Shown here piece by piece: positions 10,647 to 25,600 of a DNA stretch of 64,000 nucleotides (its first letter is position 1; every line of letters begins with the position of its first letter). A program made the translations under genes and the position numbers. The stretch is taken from NCBI RefSeq assembly GCF_004010195.1, contig NW_025215381.1:937909-1001908 (forward strand), read 5' to 3'. The notes below the pieces were generated by a model. The model saw only the letters and a list, made by a program, of their open reading frames with translations. It made no database searches and was not told where the DNA came from. Origin of the DNA: Chiloscyllium plagiosum. Its lineage: Eukaryota.

Positions 10647-13600
10647 GTCGGGAGATAATCTTCTGTTTTATTGTCTTTGCATCCTCCATAACTTTCAACA
10701 CTGGGAATCTGTTAAAATCTATGCAATCTTTCCTGTTCCAATGGAAATAATCCCATGTCTTAAGTCTCTTCTTTTGTTTTTCATTCTATCCTTGAGCTCA
10801 AGACTCTAAAGTTTTCCTTTTAATGTTATTTCCTTGATGTGGTCTTCCTTGGTAAGACCTGCATTTTGCTTTGTATTCATTTGGAGGCCAGCATTTGTTG
10901 TCCACCATATGGTGGACAACAAATGCCCAGGGGACAGTTAAGAGTCAACCACATTGCTGTGGTTCTGGAGTCACATGTAGGCCAGATCAGGTACAGGTGG
11001 CAAATTTGGCAAAATCTGTGAATCAGATAGGGTTTTTATGACAATCGACCAATAGGTTAGCTTTTTATTTCAGCTTTTCAATTGAATTCAAATGTCACCA
11101 TCTACCATGGTGGGATTCAAACCCATGCCCTCCCATCCAAAAATGGGGTTCTTCATTGCTCATCCAGTGACATTTCTCACTGTGCCACTATTTCCACCAT
11201 TTACTAGTCCCTACCTCGAAGGGATGATGGTAAGCTACTCTCTTGAGCTGCTGCACTATGTTTCCTGCATTGCTGATAGGACATTCCAGGATTTTGACCC
11301 AACGCCAGTGAACCATTGGTTCAGGCCTTTTCAGGTCAGAATAGTTCCTGACATGGAGGGGACTTGTGATGTTTCAGTGTGCTTGCTGCACTTGTTGCCT
11401 GCTAAGTGTTACATGGCCAGCTCTTTTGTTTATGACCTTCCCACCATCAAAAGGTCAGAAGTGGGAATGTTTGCTGATGACCGCTCAACATTCAGAGCTA
11501 TTCAAGAGCCCTCAAACTAAAGCAGTCCATGTCCAAATGTAGCAAGAGCTGGACAATATTCAGACTTAAGCTGACAAGTGGCAAGTAACATTCATGCCAC
11601 AGGATTGTCAGGCAAAGACTATCTCCAACAAGAGAGAATCTAACCATCTCTCCTTGATATTCAGTGGCATTTCCGTCATTGACTCTAGCACTGTCAGATT
11701 ACTGTTGACCTGAAACTGAACTGGATTAGTCATAGAGGTATTGTGAATGGATGAGCATGTCAGAGGCTTGGAATACTGTGGCAAGTAATTCACTTCCTGA
11801 TTTCCTAAACCCTGTGCACTATCTGGAAGGCATGTCAGGAGTATGATGGAAATCTTCCCATTTACTTGGATGTCTGCAGCTTAGCTATCACTCGGGAAGC
11901 TTGACCCCATCTCGTTCAACACAGCCCATTTCATCACCACATCTACAAACATTCACTCCCTCTCAAGGTTTCCAAACCTGTCACCATTTCCTCTAGAAGG
12001 ATGAGGACAGCAGATACAGGGAAATATTTGCTATCCTGAACTAAAAGTACATCGCTGTTCCTTCACTGTCACTGAGTCAAAATCATACAAGTCCCTCTCT
12101 TATGGCATTGTTGGCCAACACCAAATGGTTGACAAAACTCCCACCACTTTCTCTAGGGTGCTATAAATGAGCAATAAACGCTGGCCCAGCCAGCAACACA
12201 GTCATCCCATGAATTAATAAAATAATGAAGTAGAAAACAATGCTGTCTCCTTGTATTGGAATAGAATAGAACAGAATACCCTTTATTGTCACGTATACTC
12301 CAGTACAGGAGTACAATGAAAAATTTTTACAATGGCTGCCTCTAATCTTGGATATAAAAGAGAAAAATAGCATTTCTTACAGTGTCTAAAAAATAAGTTG
12401 GAAGTAAGATAGTTGCAGCATAGTTAAAGGATTGTCATGAGAGTCCTGTAAAGGATTTCAGATCGACATTACATTGCAGCAGCTCAGTGAGCACATGGTC
12501 TGACCGCCCATGCCCAGATTGCAGTTCAACAACAGTCCCACTCCGCACCGGTGCTCAGCTCAGAATACTGTTGAAGAGTCATACAGCGTGGAAACAGACC
12601 CTTTGGTCCTACCAGTCATAATCCCAGACTGAACTCGGCCCACCTGTCTGCTCTTGGCGCATATACCTTAAGAAACCTAGAAGTAAATCTAGAAATAAGC
12701 CTGAATCTCAGGAGCAGTTACAAGATCAACGCTTCTCTCTGTCCAGTGGTGAAACTAACACTATGTCGCTTCCAAGCAAGTATTTGCCTTCTCCTTTCAG
12801 AAGCTGAATACTGTTGGTGCATTGTGGGAGCTGTGGCTAACCCTTCTTTTCCCATTTCAGGAACAATTATGATGAGTGGCTGTGGAATTCTGACCAATGG
12901 GAAGGGCACTCGAAGGGAATATTGTGAGTTTAGCCTGGATGAACTGCAGGTAAATTAAACTGCTTTTCTCACAGCAGTGGGCCAGTGGAGGGAGAGGCCG
13001 TAAGCAAGCGCTAGCAATAGTCACTAATAATTCTCATTAGGAATGCAAGAGAAGTGGTAAGAATAGAGATTTTGCTACAGGGAGTGGTTGTAGGGGACAT
13101 TGCACATGTACTTAACAAGATTCCATATGGGGGAGAAAGAAACTGGAGGATCCTTTGATATTATAGGCGAGAGATCATGTGCATGCACCAGTTGAGACAA
13201 ATGGTCGGTCTGTCTGTGCTGTGCATTCTATGTGCACACCTCCCCAATTCTAGCAATGAGAATCTGGGAAACAAATAACTTAGCCTCTTTTATCTGCATC
13301 AAAGGTTGAGATGTTGAAACGAATCAGGTTCGATCCCCTTGGAGTACCGATTCAGTAGTGGGTGGAGGCAGGAGCTGGGGCTCCACAGTGGAAGAGGAAA
13401 AATCAGCTGATACCCATCCTTTCATCGTCCAGTTTGTTACATGAATGTAGCAAGGAGATTCTCATGCTTGAAATGGAACAGCCTCAGACAAAATTCCCAA
13501 GTCCATGTCTGGCTGGAAATTGTTGCTTGGGTTTCTTGGTCTCTTGAAGTAGTTTACACTGTCTTGAGCATCCTTTCCTTATATCCACAGGAAGGAGATC

Positions 13601-16600
13601 ACATTGGACTCATGAGGAAATCCACTGGGGCTTTGCATTTTTATATAAATGGCATCGATCAAGGTAAGACCCTCCCTGCTGCCGTTAACCTTTCGTCAAT
13701 TTGATCCCAGAATCCTTGCTTAGCATGATTGGGGTAAAAATCTAACTCTGACAGATACACAGATCAGTCAAAGTAGCTGTGTGGGTTAATAAGGCCATTT
13801 TGTAAAAAATGCAAAACACGGTCTACCATTTTTTGGGGGAGGAAATCAGAAAATAATTATCTGCGACTTGTGTTGATCCTTTGCTAAGGCTATACTTGTG
13901 ATACTGTGTTCAGCTCGCCATACTGAATCTGAAAAAAGACAAGCGTGGTACCAGAACTGAGAGATTCTCCATGTTGTACTGATGAAGATGTTAAAAACTG
14001 AGATTTTAAAAATGTAAACACAGAGAATGTGTCAGTTATAGGAAGAGCAATAGGTCGAGAAGATGTAGATAGGTTGATGAAGGCTTGATAGGCCAAAGAG
14101 CCTCTTCTGTGCTGCCTGTGTTTCCACTTGAGCAGGAGACCAGTGCACTGCAATGTTCTCAACTCGCATATTCTCCTCATTTTGCAAGAGCAGAGGGACA
14201 GCTCTGGTGCATTGTAGAGATAAGTTCATAAGATACAGGAGCGGAATTAGGCCGTTCGGCCCATCAGATCTGCCCTGCCATTCGAACATGGCTGATATGC
14301 TTCTCATCCCCATTTTCCTGCCTTCTCTCCATATCCCTTCAACCCGGTACCAATTACAAATCTGTCTAAGTCCTTCTTAAATTTACTCACTGTCCCAGCA
14401 TCCACCACACAAATTCCACAGATTCACAACCCTTTGAGAGTACACCCCCCCCATCCCAAAACTATGACCTCTTGTCCCAGAGTGCCCCGCAAGAGGAACC
14501 ATCTGCTCCGTGTCTATTTTATCCACACCTTTTATCATCTTGAACACCTCAACTTGATCTCATACTTCTAAGAGAGTACAGGCCGAAACTGTTCGATCTC
14601 TCTTCATACGACAAACCCCTCATCTCGATCTCGTGAGCCTACTCTGAACTGCCTCCGATGCCACTACATCTCTCCTCAAATAAGGGGACCAAAACTGTGC
14701 ACGTTGCTCCACGTGCAGTCTCACCAGTGCCTTGCGTAGTTGCAACAATACTTACTTCCCTTTATATTCTATTGCTTTAGCTATAAAAACCAACCCTCCA
14801 TTCGCTTTCTTTATTCTCTGCAATACCTGCATGCTAGTTTTCTGTGACTTATGAATGAGTACATCTAGATCCCTCTGCACCGGAGCACCCTGAGGTCCCT
14901 CCCCATTAAGATAATAGGTCGTCTTCCCATTTTTTTCGACCCAAATACATGACCTTGCACTTATCCACATAAACTCCATCTGCTGCATTTTGGCCCACCT
15001 TATTTCCTCATTGCAGTTCTTACTTCCTCATTGCAGTTTACCGTCCCAACTATTTTTGTGTTGTCCACAAATTTGGCGATAATGCCATTTATCCCTGTAT
15101 CCAAGTAGTTAATGCAGATTGTAGTTAGCTGGGGTCCACGGACTGAACCCTGTGGCACCCCACTAGTTACATCCAAAAAGAAACCCATTTATCCTGACTC
15201 TCTGTTTCTTGTCCTTTACCCAGTCATCTATCCAGACGAATAAATTACCCCTATTCCCATATGATCCAAATTTGTGAATTAACCTTTTGTGTGGCACTTT
15301 ATCAGATACTTTCCAGAAGTCCAGATAAATTACATCTGCATCATCTCCTTTATCCACTTTGCATGTTACATCTTTGAAGAGATCCAGCAAATTAGTCAAG
15401 CATGATTTGACCTTCATAAAACCAAGCTGACTCAGATGGATAGTGTTTTGACTTTCCAAATGTCCTGATATTGCTTCCTTGATAATTGATTCTAACACTT
15501 TCACAACAACTGTTGGATAAAGACATTTGGGAGAAAGGATAGAAGTATATGCTGATAAGGTGAGATGAAGGGGTGGTGGGAGGATTTGTGGACAAGCATT
15601 GTGCCAGTCCACCAGTCGTCAGTGGAGCAGGAAAGATAATAACATAGTTAAGAAATCCTTCCTGAAGAAGGGCTTATGTCCATAACCTCGATTCTCCTGC
15701 TCCTTGGATGCTGCCTGACCTACTGCGCTTTTCCAGCAACACATTTTTCAGCTTAGTTAAGAAATCAGACTTCTTAGTTGAATTAAATAGATGAGTGGGA
15801 AGGTCAAGCTGGAACTGTATAAAACTGTAATAGGGTGGCACAGTGGCTCAGTGGTTAGCACTACTGCTTCATAGTGCCAGGGACCAGGGTTCGATTCCAG
15901 CCTCGGGCGACTGTCTGTGTGGAGTTTGCACATTCTCCCCCGTGTCTGCGTGGATTTCCTCCAGGTGCTCCGGTTTCCTCCCACAGTCCAAGCATGTATA
16001 GGTCAGGTGAATTGGCCATAGTGTAAGATGCATTAGTCAGAGGGAAGTGGGTCTCGATGGGTTACTGTTCAGAAGGTCGGTATGGACTTTGTGCCGAAGG
16101 ACCTGTTTTCACACTGTAGGGAATCTAATCCAAAAAACACAAAGTTGACTCACAGTTGGAGCACTCTGTGATTCTGGGCCTCTGGGTTACTGATCTTGTG
16201 ACAATACCACTGCGCCACCATCTAACCCTTCCATTAGAGAGAATTTAACCAAATATTTTCGCCCGGAGCATGGAGGAGTGTGGAGAACACAGCTTAAGAA
16301 TGGTAGAGTTAGAAATCCTTTCCTCCATTTAAAAAGAAACTGACAGTGGGTACGGATCCAGAGCTGGAATGTTGGCATATGCTGAATAGCTTTTTTTTTT
16401 GGCTGCTGAAGATATGATTAGACCACTTTCTGTGCTGTCCTTTATCTATAATTCTTTAAAATAGTAGCCAGGACATTCATTTGCATCCACCCAAGAGGAC
16501 AGCAATAGCTTTGACTCAATGCCTCCTCTATCTGGTCTTTCGAGTGATGCTGCTTCCTCGGCATGGTCCCTGAAAGTTTCAACCTGGCCTAAGCACTCTG

Positions 16601-19600
16601 TTTCTGGATCAGAGTTTGAACCCATAACCTTCTGGCTGGGGTGAGGCTGCTACCAATGGACCTAAAGCGTGGACCTGACTACGGTCATCTACTGTGTCAT
16701 GCTGAGATGCAGCCCTCTCTGAATCTTAATGCTGTAGGTAACTGGTGTGTAAGAGTTCCGAGCAACGGGCTGCCCATTTCTGCGTTATCCTAGAATATTC
16801 GAGTATGTCAAACCATTTGGCCCCATCATGCTTATACTTACTCTTCAGTAGAAGTGCCCAGTTTAATCCTCCTGTATAAGTAAAGTTGCCTCTTACCTGA
16901 ATTGTTCACTGCAGCAGATCGGGCCCTGTTCCAGCATTGCATCTGGGAACACAGATCCCCTGAGAGTTCACAGAAGCGCCAACCGATGCTATACTTTCAA
17001 ATCCTGAAGGGATGTTAGAACCTCTAACCTCCAGATTTGGAAGGAAGAGTGCTGCCAGTTTGCTACACTGATTGTGATAAGCAGCAGTTCACCTGGGATT
17101 AGAGGCAGAGTCTCTCTCTCAAATTTCAGTCACCAAAACAAAACTCATGTCGCTCTGACTGAGCTTCTTACCAGAGCATTGAGTGTGAAGTTTTTTTTAA
17201 CCTCTGAACTTCTCATCAGCTTTGAAGGTGTGGTCATGGCAACAGCCCTGTTTGTTGGTTAGTTGTCCTTCAATGCTTTCTCTACAGAGGTGTCTTGCAT
17301 TTCCATGGCCTCTGCAGTCCGTTGAGTGAAGTGGGACTAGAGTCACATGTACAGTGGTTTCCCTTCTCTGAATTGATTAAATTTTATTCATGATGGCTTC
17401 ACTTGGTCTCAACTCTCAAGTGATTCAGTTTCACAAATTGGCACTGATGGCTTGCCTAATACCGTAACCACCATCCCGCCATGCCAATAAAGTTGTGCGT
17501 TAGCCAGAAACTGTTTGATAATAGTGAGTATATTGTTACTCTGTCAAAAGTGTACAAAGAGTCACCTTTCTCTGTCTCTGCTCAACACACCCTTGCCTCT
17601 CCCCCTTGCCATCATTTTTTTTTCCTATCTCTTCTGTCTCTCTCTCTCCCCCAACTGCTCTCTCTGTCATATCCTCTCGCTCTTCCCCATCTTGCTCTCT
17701 TTCCCCCTCAACCATTTCTGTTTCTTGCTCCATCTCCTGTGCACGCTCTTCCCATCTCCTGCTGTTCTGCCCATGTCTCACTCTCCTTACCACTGTTTCC
17801 TCCTTCTCCCCCCCGGTCTCTCTTTCTATCTTCCTCTATCTTCCATCTGTTTCTCTCTGTCTTGCTTACTCATTCTCCCTCCATGTCTTGCACCCTTACA
17901 CACTCCCCCACCCCAAAACCACCACCTTTTCTCTTCACTGCCTCTCCCATTTTCCGTCTGTCTGTCTCTTGGTCTCTTCTCTGTCCCCCTGTCTCTTGCA
18001 GGCGTTGCTGCAACCCAGACTCTGCCCACTATTTATGGAGTGGTGGATCTCTATGGCATGGCAGTGAAAGTGACCATTGTCCACAACCACAACCACTCCG
18101 ACCGGCTGCGCAGGAACAACGCCATCATGCGGGCTCTGTCACCAGACGTTGGGCGGCGAGTATTTGACTCTGGCGACACTGAGGTAGAGCGGCTGCTCTT
18201 CCATCCCAACTGTGGGCAGAAGGCAGCGATCGTGTGTGATGGGAGGACAGCACTGAGGCCCCAGTAAGTAAGCAAGAGGAATTGAACTGTGCAGTACCTG
18301 TCTTGGAAGTGTGAGATGGAGATATTGTGGAGAGAGCTTTATTCTGTAGCTAACCCTATGCTGTACCTATCCTGGGAGTGTTTGATGGGGGCAGTGATGA
18401 AGGGTTTATGCCTGAAACGTCGACTGTCCTGCTCGTCAGATGCTGCCTGACCTGCTGAGCTTTTCCAGCACCGCAATCTTCAACTCTGACTCTCTAGCAT
18501 CTGCAGTCCTCGCTTTCTCACAGTGTAGAGAGAGCTTTACTCTACCTGACCTGTGCCGACCTAGAACTGGGAGTGTTAAATAGGGACATCATTGCAGGAA
18601 TTTTATTCTGTATTTAACCCCGTGCAGTACATGTCCTGGGAGTATTTAATGCAGTCAATGTAGAGGAGGTCTTACTCTATGTCTAGCCCACTCTGTACTT
18701 GTCCTAGGCATGTCCAGATCCAGGGATCAGAATTTTAGAAAATTTGAGACAGGCTTATCGGGGTGATGTCAGGAAGTACTTGCTCATACAAAGGTGAGCA
18801 CAAATCATGGAGTCCTGTATATTCATAGAATCATGGAGTCATATAGCATGGAAACAGACACTTCGAACCAACCAGTCCATGCTGACCATAATCCTAAAAT
18901 GAAGTAGTCCCACTGCCTGGCCTTGGCCCATATCCCTCCAAACATTCCTTATTCAGGTACTTATCTAAATATTTTTTCAATGTTGTAACTGTACCCACAC
19001 CCACTATTTCCTGTGGAAGTTCATTCCACACACTGACCACTGTGTAAGAAAAATACTTTCTCTTCGCATCTTGAAAATAGTCTTGAAATCCCCCACTCAA
19101 GGGAAACAACACTTGCCATTCACCCTATTTGTACCACTCATTATTTTATAAACCTCTATAAGGTCATCTCTTGACCTCCTGTGAAAGAAGTCCCAGCCTA
19201 TCCAGCCTCTCCTTATAACTCAAGCTCTCCATTCCCAATACCATCTCTTTTGAATCCTTTCCAATTTAATAATATCCTTCCTATTAACAGGGAGACCAGA
19301 ACTGGACCCAGTACGCCAGAAGAGGCCTCACCAAGGTTCTGTACAATCTCAACATAATGTCTCAACTCTGAGACTCAAAGGTCTGAGCAATGATGGCAAG
19401 CATGCTAAATGCCTTCTTAACCACTTTCTGTGTGATGCAAATTTCAAAGAATTATTTATCTCATCCTCTAGGTCTCTCTGTACTACAACATTACCTTAGG
19501 CCCTACTTTGTTTTAACAAAATGCAGTGCTTTGCATTTGGTTCAAATTAAACTCCATCTACCACTCTTCAGCCCATTGACCCAATTGGTTTATAAAATCA

Positions 19601-22600
19601 TCTGGAATTCTGTTCAGCAACAAGCTGCTGAGGAGGCTGAGCAAGGTCTGTTGAAAATGTCAAATCAAGTCTTGATAGAAGATATTACTGGACAGGCGGT
19701 GGGTGTTTGTGGATTCAAAGAAAGGTAAAGAAAAAATTGAAAGACATTTGCATGACCTCCTTCTGTATCTTCAGAATAGAAGAATGAAAGGTTAATGATT
19801 GTACTGGAGCTGCAATGAAGTAAAAGATGTTCCAGTCTGGTCACATTTTCCAGTCTGTGAAAATCCATTATTGAGGTTGAAGCAGACTTGAAACTGTTTG
19901 AGTGTTTTAATTCAGCTTCACGATTTTATTATTGCTGAATTTTTCTCTCACAGTTCGGTTTCCACGCATACATAATTCGAAACTTTCAGAATCCTTTCAG
20001 TTTCTCCATTGGAGCCTCTTTGGGTTGCAACTGAAACGTTTCAATCCAGAGGCTCATAAACAAAATTGTGGTCAGTGTTTTCGAAGTGGGAGGAAAAGAA
20101 TGCTGCACTGTCTTCGGTGCTCACTTTTGGACAAGATGTTAAGCTTTCCTGATTCTCATTTGACGTGATCTTTTCAAATATGAACAGGAGACTCTTACAA
20201 AGTGCCCTGAGTCAAAATGTACCATTTAATCAACATGTCTTTAAACGCAGCAGATTACCCAAAGATGTTCAGGTTTCGTGGGATCTTGCTGTGCATTGTT
20301 TCACAGCTGTGCTTCCTACTGGCAATCTGAAAAGGATCATTTCAATACAAACTATTTCTCCCCAGTGTGTTCACACCATTACACAAGTGTTTCATTTGAA
20401 TCATAGAATCATGCAGCACAGAAACAGACCCTTCGGTCCAACTTGTCCATGCCGAACATTAATCCCCAACTAATCAAGTCCACCCTGCTGGTATCCCTGC
20501 AAATCTTTGCTATTCATTTATCCATCCAAATATCTTTTAAACATAATTGTACGCACATCTACCACTTCCTCAGGAAGTCATTCCACACACAAACAACACT
20601 CTGTGAAAAAAGTTTGCCTCTCATATTTTGTTCAAAATCTCTCTCCTCTCACCTTAAAAGTATGCCCCCTAATCTTGAACTCCCTCGTGCTATCTATTTC
20701 ATTATAACTCAAATCTTCCATACCCACATTTTTAAGTTGAGTCATTGGCTGTGATGCACTGCAGAAATCATTTGAGATAACTGAATCCAACACAGAGCAA
20801 GATTAGAGGGGTGACCTTCCTCACTCACCTCTCCTGACCCAGTTCTATTCCTCTATGAATTCAGTGCAAATACCTTGCCCAAGACTGAGATGAATTTAAG
20901 ATGCCTCTCTTCAAAGAAACTGGGATTATCCTGTTTCCTCATGTCCACAAATGCCAGAATCTATCGGTACTGGGGAAGTCAGTGGGGGACAGATCACACA
21001 GCCATTCATAGTCTCATGTTAGCATACCTAGTAATCTTGTCATTCTTTCTCAACAGCGCGACGGATGACTTCAACCACGGTGTGGTACTCAGCAACCGTT
21101 CCCTCAGGAGCAACGAAATCTTCCAAGTCCGTATTGACAAGATGGTGGACAAATGGGCGGGATCCATTGAGATTGGCGTGACCACCCACAATCCTGCTTA
21201 TCTCCAGTTACCATCAACCATGACCAATCTACGTTCTGGTGGGTTTTCCTGGATCGCACAATCTTTTACTTGACGCTCTCCCATTCCTTTCCTTGTCACA
21301 ATGTCCCTCATGCAATCCCTTGATGTTTTAGCCCTTCGCCCCATCCCCTCCATGCGCCTCAATCCTGCCTCCCCGCTCCCCAACCCTTTCACCCAGAACT
21401 CCTCATCCTCCCACCTCTCTTCTGTGCATTCTCTGCAGAAACTGTCTTTGGATTGCCAACTGTTCCTAGAGAACATCCTGGATATGTCCAGCCACCTAAC
21501 TGCCTGCCCCTGGCAGATGCAGGTCTAACTTGTCACAGAGAGAAAAAAGCTGTTACTTTTCCCTTTTCAGGTACTTGGATGATGACTGGTAATGGTGTGA
21601 TGCATAACGGGACCACAATTCTTGATGAGTACGGACACAATCTTGATCGACTGAAGGTGGGCTCATTCAGTGTTATCATGTATTACTGCAATTGAAGAGA
21701 GCCATGTCTCATTGCTTGTTAGTGATTTTTTTTTTGAACAAACGATCCTGCACTACCCTTACATCTCTTTACTCCCATGTTATCCATAAATCTATCAATC
21801 TCTGCATTGAAAATGCTCAACAACTGGAGATTCACAATACCGTGCTTTTGAGAATTTAAAACGCGCATGGGAAGTATGGGGCGGCACGGTGGCTCAGTGG
21901 TTAGTACTGCTGCCTCACAGCGGCAGGGACCCAGGTTCGATTCTAGCCTCCGGCAAGTGTCTGTGTGGAGTTTGCACATTCTCCTCGTGTCTGCGGGTGC
22001 TCCGGTTTCCTCCCACAGTCCAAAGATGTGCTGGTTAGGGTGATTTGGCCATGTTAAAATGTCCCTTAGTGGTAGTTGTGTTAATCAGGGGTACGTATCG
22101 GGTAGGGAAATGGGTCTGGGTTGATTACTGTTCGGAGGGTCAGTGTGGACTTGTTGGGCCGAAGGGCCTGTTTCCACATGTAAGGAATTTAATCTAAAAG
22201 TAGGAACAGGAGTAAGCCTGCTACACCGTTCTGAAAGAAAATGGCTAATATGTACCTCGGTGCCATTTTTCTATGCTATCTCCCTGTCATTCATATATTT
22301 ATTATCTTGAATCACAATGCTTTGAGTGAAGTGCCTTCCTGCCCCAGGTGGAAACAGTCAGTCAAAGAAAGTGACCAGTCACACATGACATGCACACAGT
22401 ACAGGTGCAGACAGTATACATGCTCACAACATGCACACGCATAATACATGCCACAAAAACACCGCCTCAATAGTCTTGACAATCCAGCATCTGATCTCTC
22501 CAGTCCTCTAAGAATTTTATGTTTCAACTGAAGTAAATTTGTTTTAGCAACATAAAAGTAGGAGTAGGCCTTTCAACCCATCCATCCTGTTCTGCCATTT

Positions 22601-25600
22601 ATTGCATTCATGGCTAATCAAACGCTTCAGTGACTTTTACCCACAGTACCTCCATGACCCAAAGCGCATTGGTAATTAGAAATCTACCAACCTCCACTTT
22701 AAACAGGCTCAAAGACCTGCATCTGCCAGTGGCAGTTGCACAAACTTCTGGGGTACAGAATTGGAAAGTTTCACCGCATTCCTGCTTCCCTTGTATCATC
22801 TGATGAATTAAAAACATTACATTTGATCCTGACTACAGAATCATTAATACATACCGTGAACAGCAGGAGCCCAGGTAATGATCCTTGTGGCACCTCGTTA
22901 GCCACAGCTTGCCAATACAGGAATGACTATTTATTCGTAATCTTGTCTATTGACCATTTATTAATCCATGCCAATGATCTCCTGGCCCCTGTCTTTTAGT
23001 TTTGCTAACCAACCTCCTGAAGGATACCTCAATTTTGTTTGTTACATCCTCAACAAAACTCCAACAAGATTAGAAATAGAATAGCAATAGAATCCCTACA
23101 GTGTGGAAACAGGCCATTGGGCCCAACAAGTCCACATTGACTCCTCATTACTTTACATTTCCCTTGACTAATGCATCCTGAACACTATGGACAATTTAGC
23201 GTGGCCAATTCACCTAACCTGCACATCTTTGGATTGTGGGAGGAAACCCACGCAGTCACGGGGAGAATGTGCAAACTCCACACAGACAGTCACCTGAGCC
23301 TGGAATCAAACCCGGGTCCCTGGCGCTGTGCGGCAGCAGTGCTAACCACTGAGCCACCGTGTTGCCCTGCGGTGGGAAAACACAACCATGTTGACTGTGC
23401 CCAGTCTGATCATTCTTGTCCAAGTTTCCATTTATCACATTGTAGATTTTAGCATTTTTCCGTACCACTGATGGAAGGCTGACTGATCTGTAGTTCCCTA
23501 TTTTCTTTTCCATGCTCCTTTCCTAAATGCTGGGAGAACAGTTGCACGCTTTCAATCTGCAGTTTTCATTCCAGAATCGTGGAAAGTTTTTGGGATGTAA
23601 TTGATTTTTCAGAATATTATTATATCCTCACACAGTGCCTTAGCACTGGCAGTCAGACAATGCAGTGCTCCCCCAGCACTGACCCTCAGACTGAGCAGCA
23701 CACTATTATGGTTAATTACTAATTAAGCATATTGGTTGAATGATAAATAACAGGTAAACAACACTATACGAGCCATTGCAATGGAAGCTGGTGGAGAGGT
23801 GAAAACATTTAACAGGTATTTGACAGTCAGGTTGGGGGCATGTATGCCACCTTCTTGGTAATTGCTGGGACCAGTGAAAGATAGGTAAATGGAAGAAGAT
23901 TGAATGCTGTCTTTTTGCCCCCGCCTCCCATATTACTTCCCATTCTAACATCTCACCTCATTCTTCCTCCGCTATTGGCTGGACAAGGCGGGAGACACGG
24001 TTGGTGTTATGCGCAAGGATGATGGAAGTTTGCATTTCTTTGTGAACAACGTAGACCAGGGTCTTGCAGCATCTAATGTACCATCCAGTGTTTATGCCGT
24101 GGTGGATCTGTACGGCCAAGCTGCTCAAGCCACTATCATCGATGATATAGGTGAGTGTGTTTAACTAGCCTTGGCTATGCTTGAACCTGCACCATTTTAC
24201 CAAACCCAGCATAGTCGGTGCTCCTCATGTCCTGCATCCACTTCCTCCTTCTGAATCCATGGAATTTCAAATGGGATTTCTTATTGAGTTTGTCACCTCA
24301 AGTATTTCTCAGGTCCTAAGAACAGGAGTTGGTCATTTGGCCCACTCCACCATTTAATGAAATAAGGGCACATCTTCTCAACTAATTCTACCTGCTCTGC
24401 TTGAATATGCAGTACCTTTATTCCCTTACAGCCCAATTCTTGATCTCAGTCTTGACTGTAATCACCAATTGAACATTCATCAACGCCTCAGGTAGAGAAT
24501 TCCCACAACTCAAGAAATTTCACAGAATCCCCACAGTGTGGAAGTAGGCCATTTGACCTATTGAGTCCACACTGCACCTTCAAAGAGCATTCCACCCACA
24601 TCCACTCTCTGTAACCCTGCATTCTCCATTTCTAATCCACCTAGCCTGCATGTCCCTGGACTCTATGGACAATTTAAACCTGGCCTATCCACCTAGCTGT
24701 CACATCTTTGGACTGTGGAAGGAAACTGGAGCACCCGGAGGAAACCCACATAGATACGGGGAGAATGTGCAAACTCCACACAGACTGAAATTGAACCTGG
24801 GTCCCTGAAGCTGTGAGGCAGCAGTGCTAACCACTGTGCTGCCCAGTTTCTATCCTTTTCAGTCCAAAATGGGAAACCTGAGATGGTTCTAGACACACTG
24901 GCCTGTGACTTTTAGTCTTTAGGCATCATAGTACAGATAGAGGCTATTCAACCCATTGAGTCCAACCCTCCAAAGAGTATCGCACCCTGATCCACCCCCA
25001 CCAATCCGCATAACCCTGCATGAACCATGGTTAATCTGCTGAGCCTCATCTCTGTCAAGCCTTCAAGAAATTTTAACCAATTCATCAAAAACACTTGTTA
25101 TAATCCAGAAGGTATTAGACCCACTTAACTAATTATCTCCTCGGAGGACAAACACTCATCCCAAAAATCTATTCCGATACTGTAACTATCCTTCATCCCA
25201 CCTCCTTGTAGCCCGTAGTTATCCAGGTCTCCTTGCCTGTGAGCATGCTGCATGTGTTCTCAGTGTTCAAGTCAAAACTCATCACAACAATTCCAACACT
25301 AGTAATTAACTTTCCTCCAAATAGGTCGACTCCTCACCTCCCTCAGTAACCCTCTTTCTGTCTTTCTAATTGATCTGCACTTCCATCCTTGTCCACATTG
25401 TCCACTTTCATCTGCGCACATTGACTCAAACACCCGTATCAAATAGGATGAGAAGTAGGCCCTTGAGCCTGCTTCACCAGGCAACAAGATCGTGGGTGAT
25501 CTGTTTGTGTTTCTAATTCCTATTTCTTCTTCCCCCAATCGCCTTTCCGGTGGTTCTTCCACTCTCATCTCTATGCATCCTTCCTCTTGGATTCTCCATA

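Noticed and set aside
17481..18001. Long ORFs 17481-18167, 17515-18267 and 17606-18067 as novel proteins
   Set aside because: They are open only because the CT-rich tract lacks stop codons; the real coding part is NEURL4 exon D.
18285..18712. CRISPR-like array
   Set aside because: Eukaryotic DNA; units are tandem and degenerate with no unique spacers.
21878..21950. tRNA genes at SINE 5' ends
   Set aside because: The tRNA-like heads continue into SINE body and LINE-like tail in every copy.
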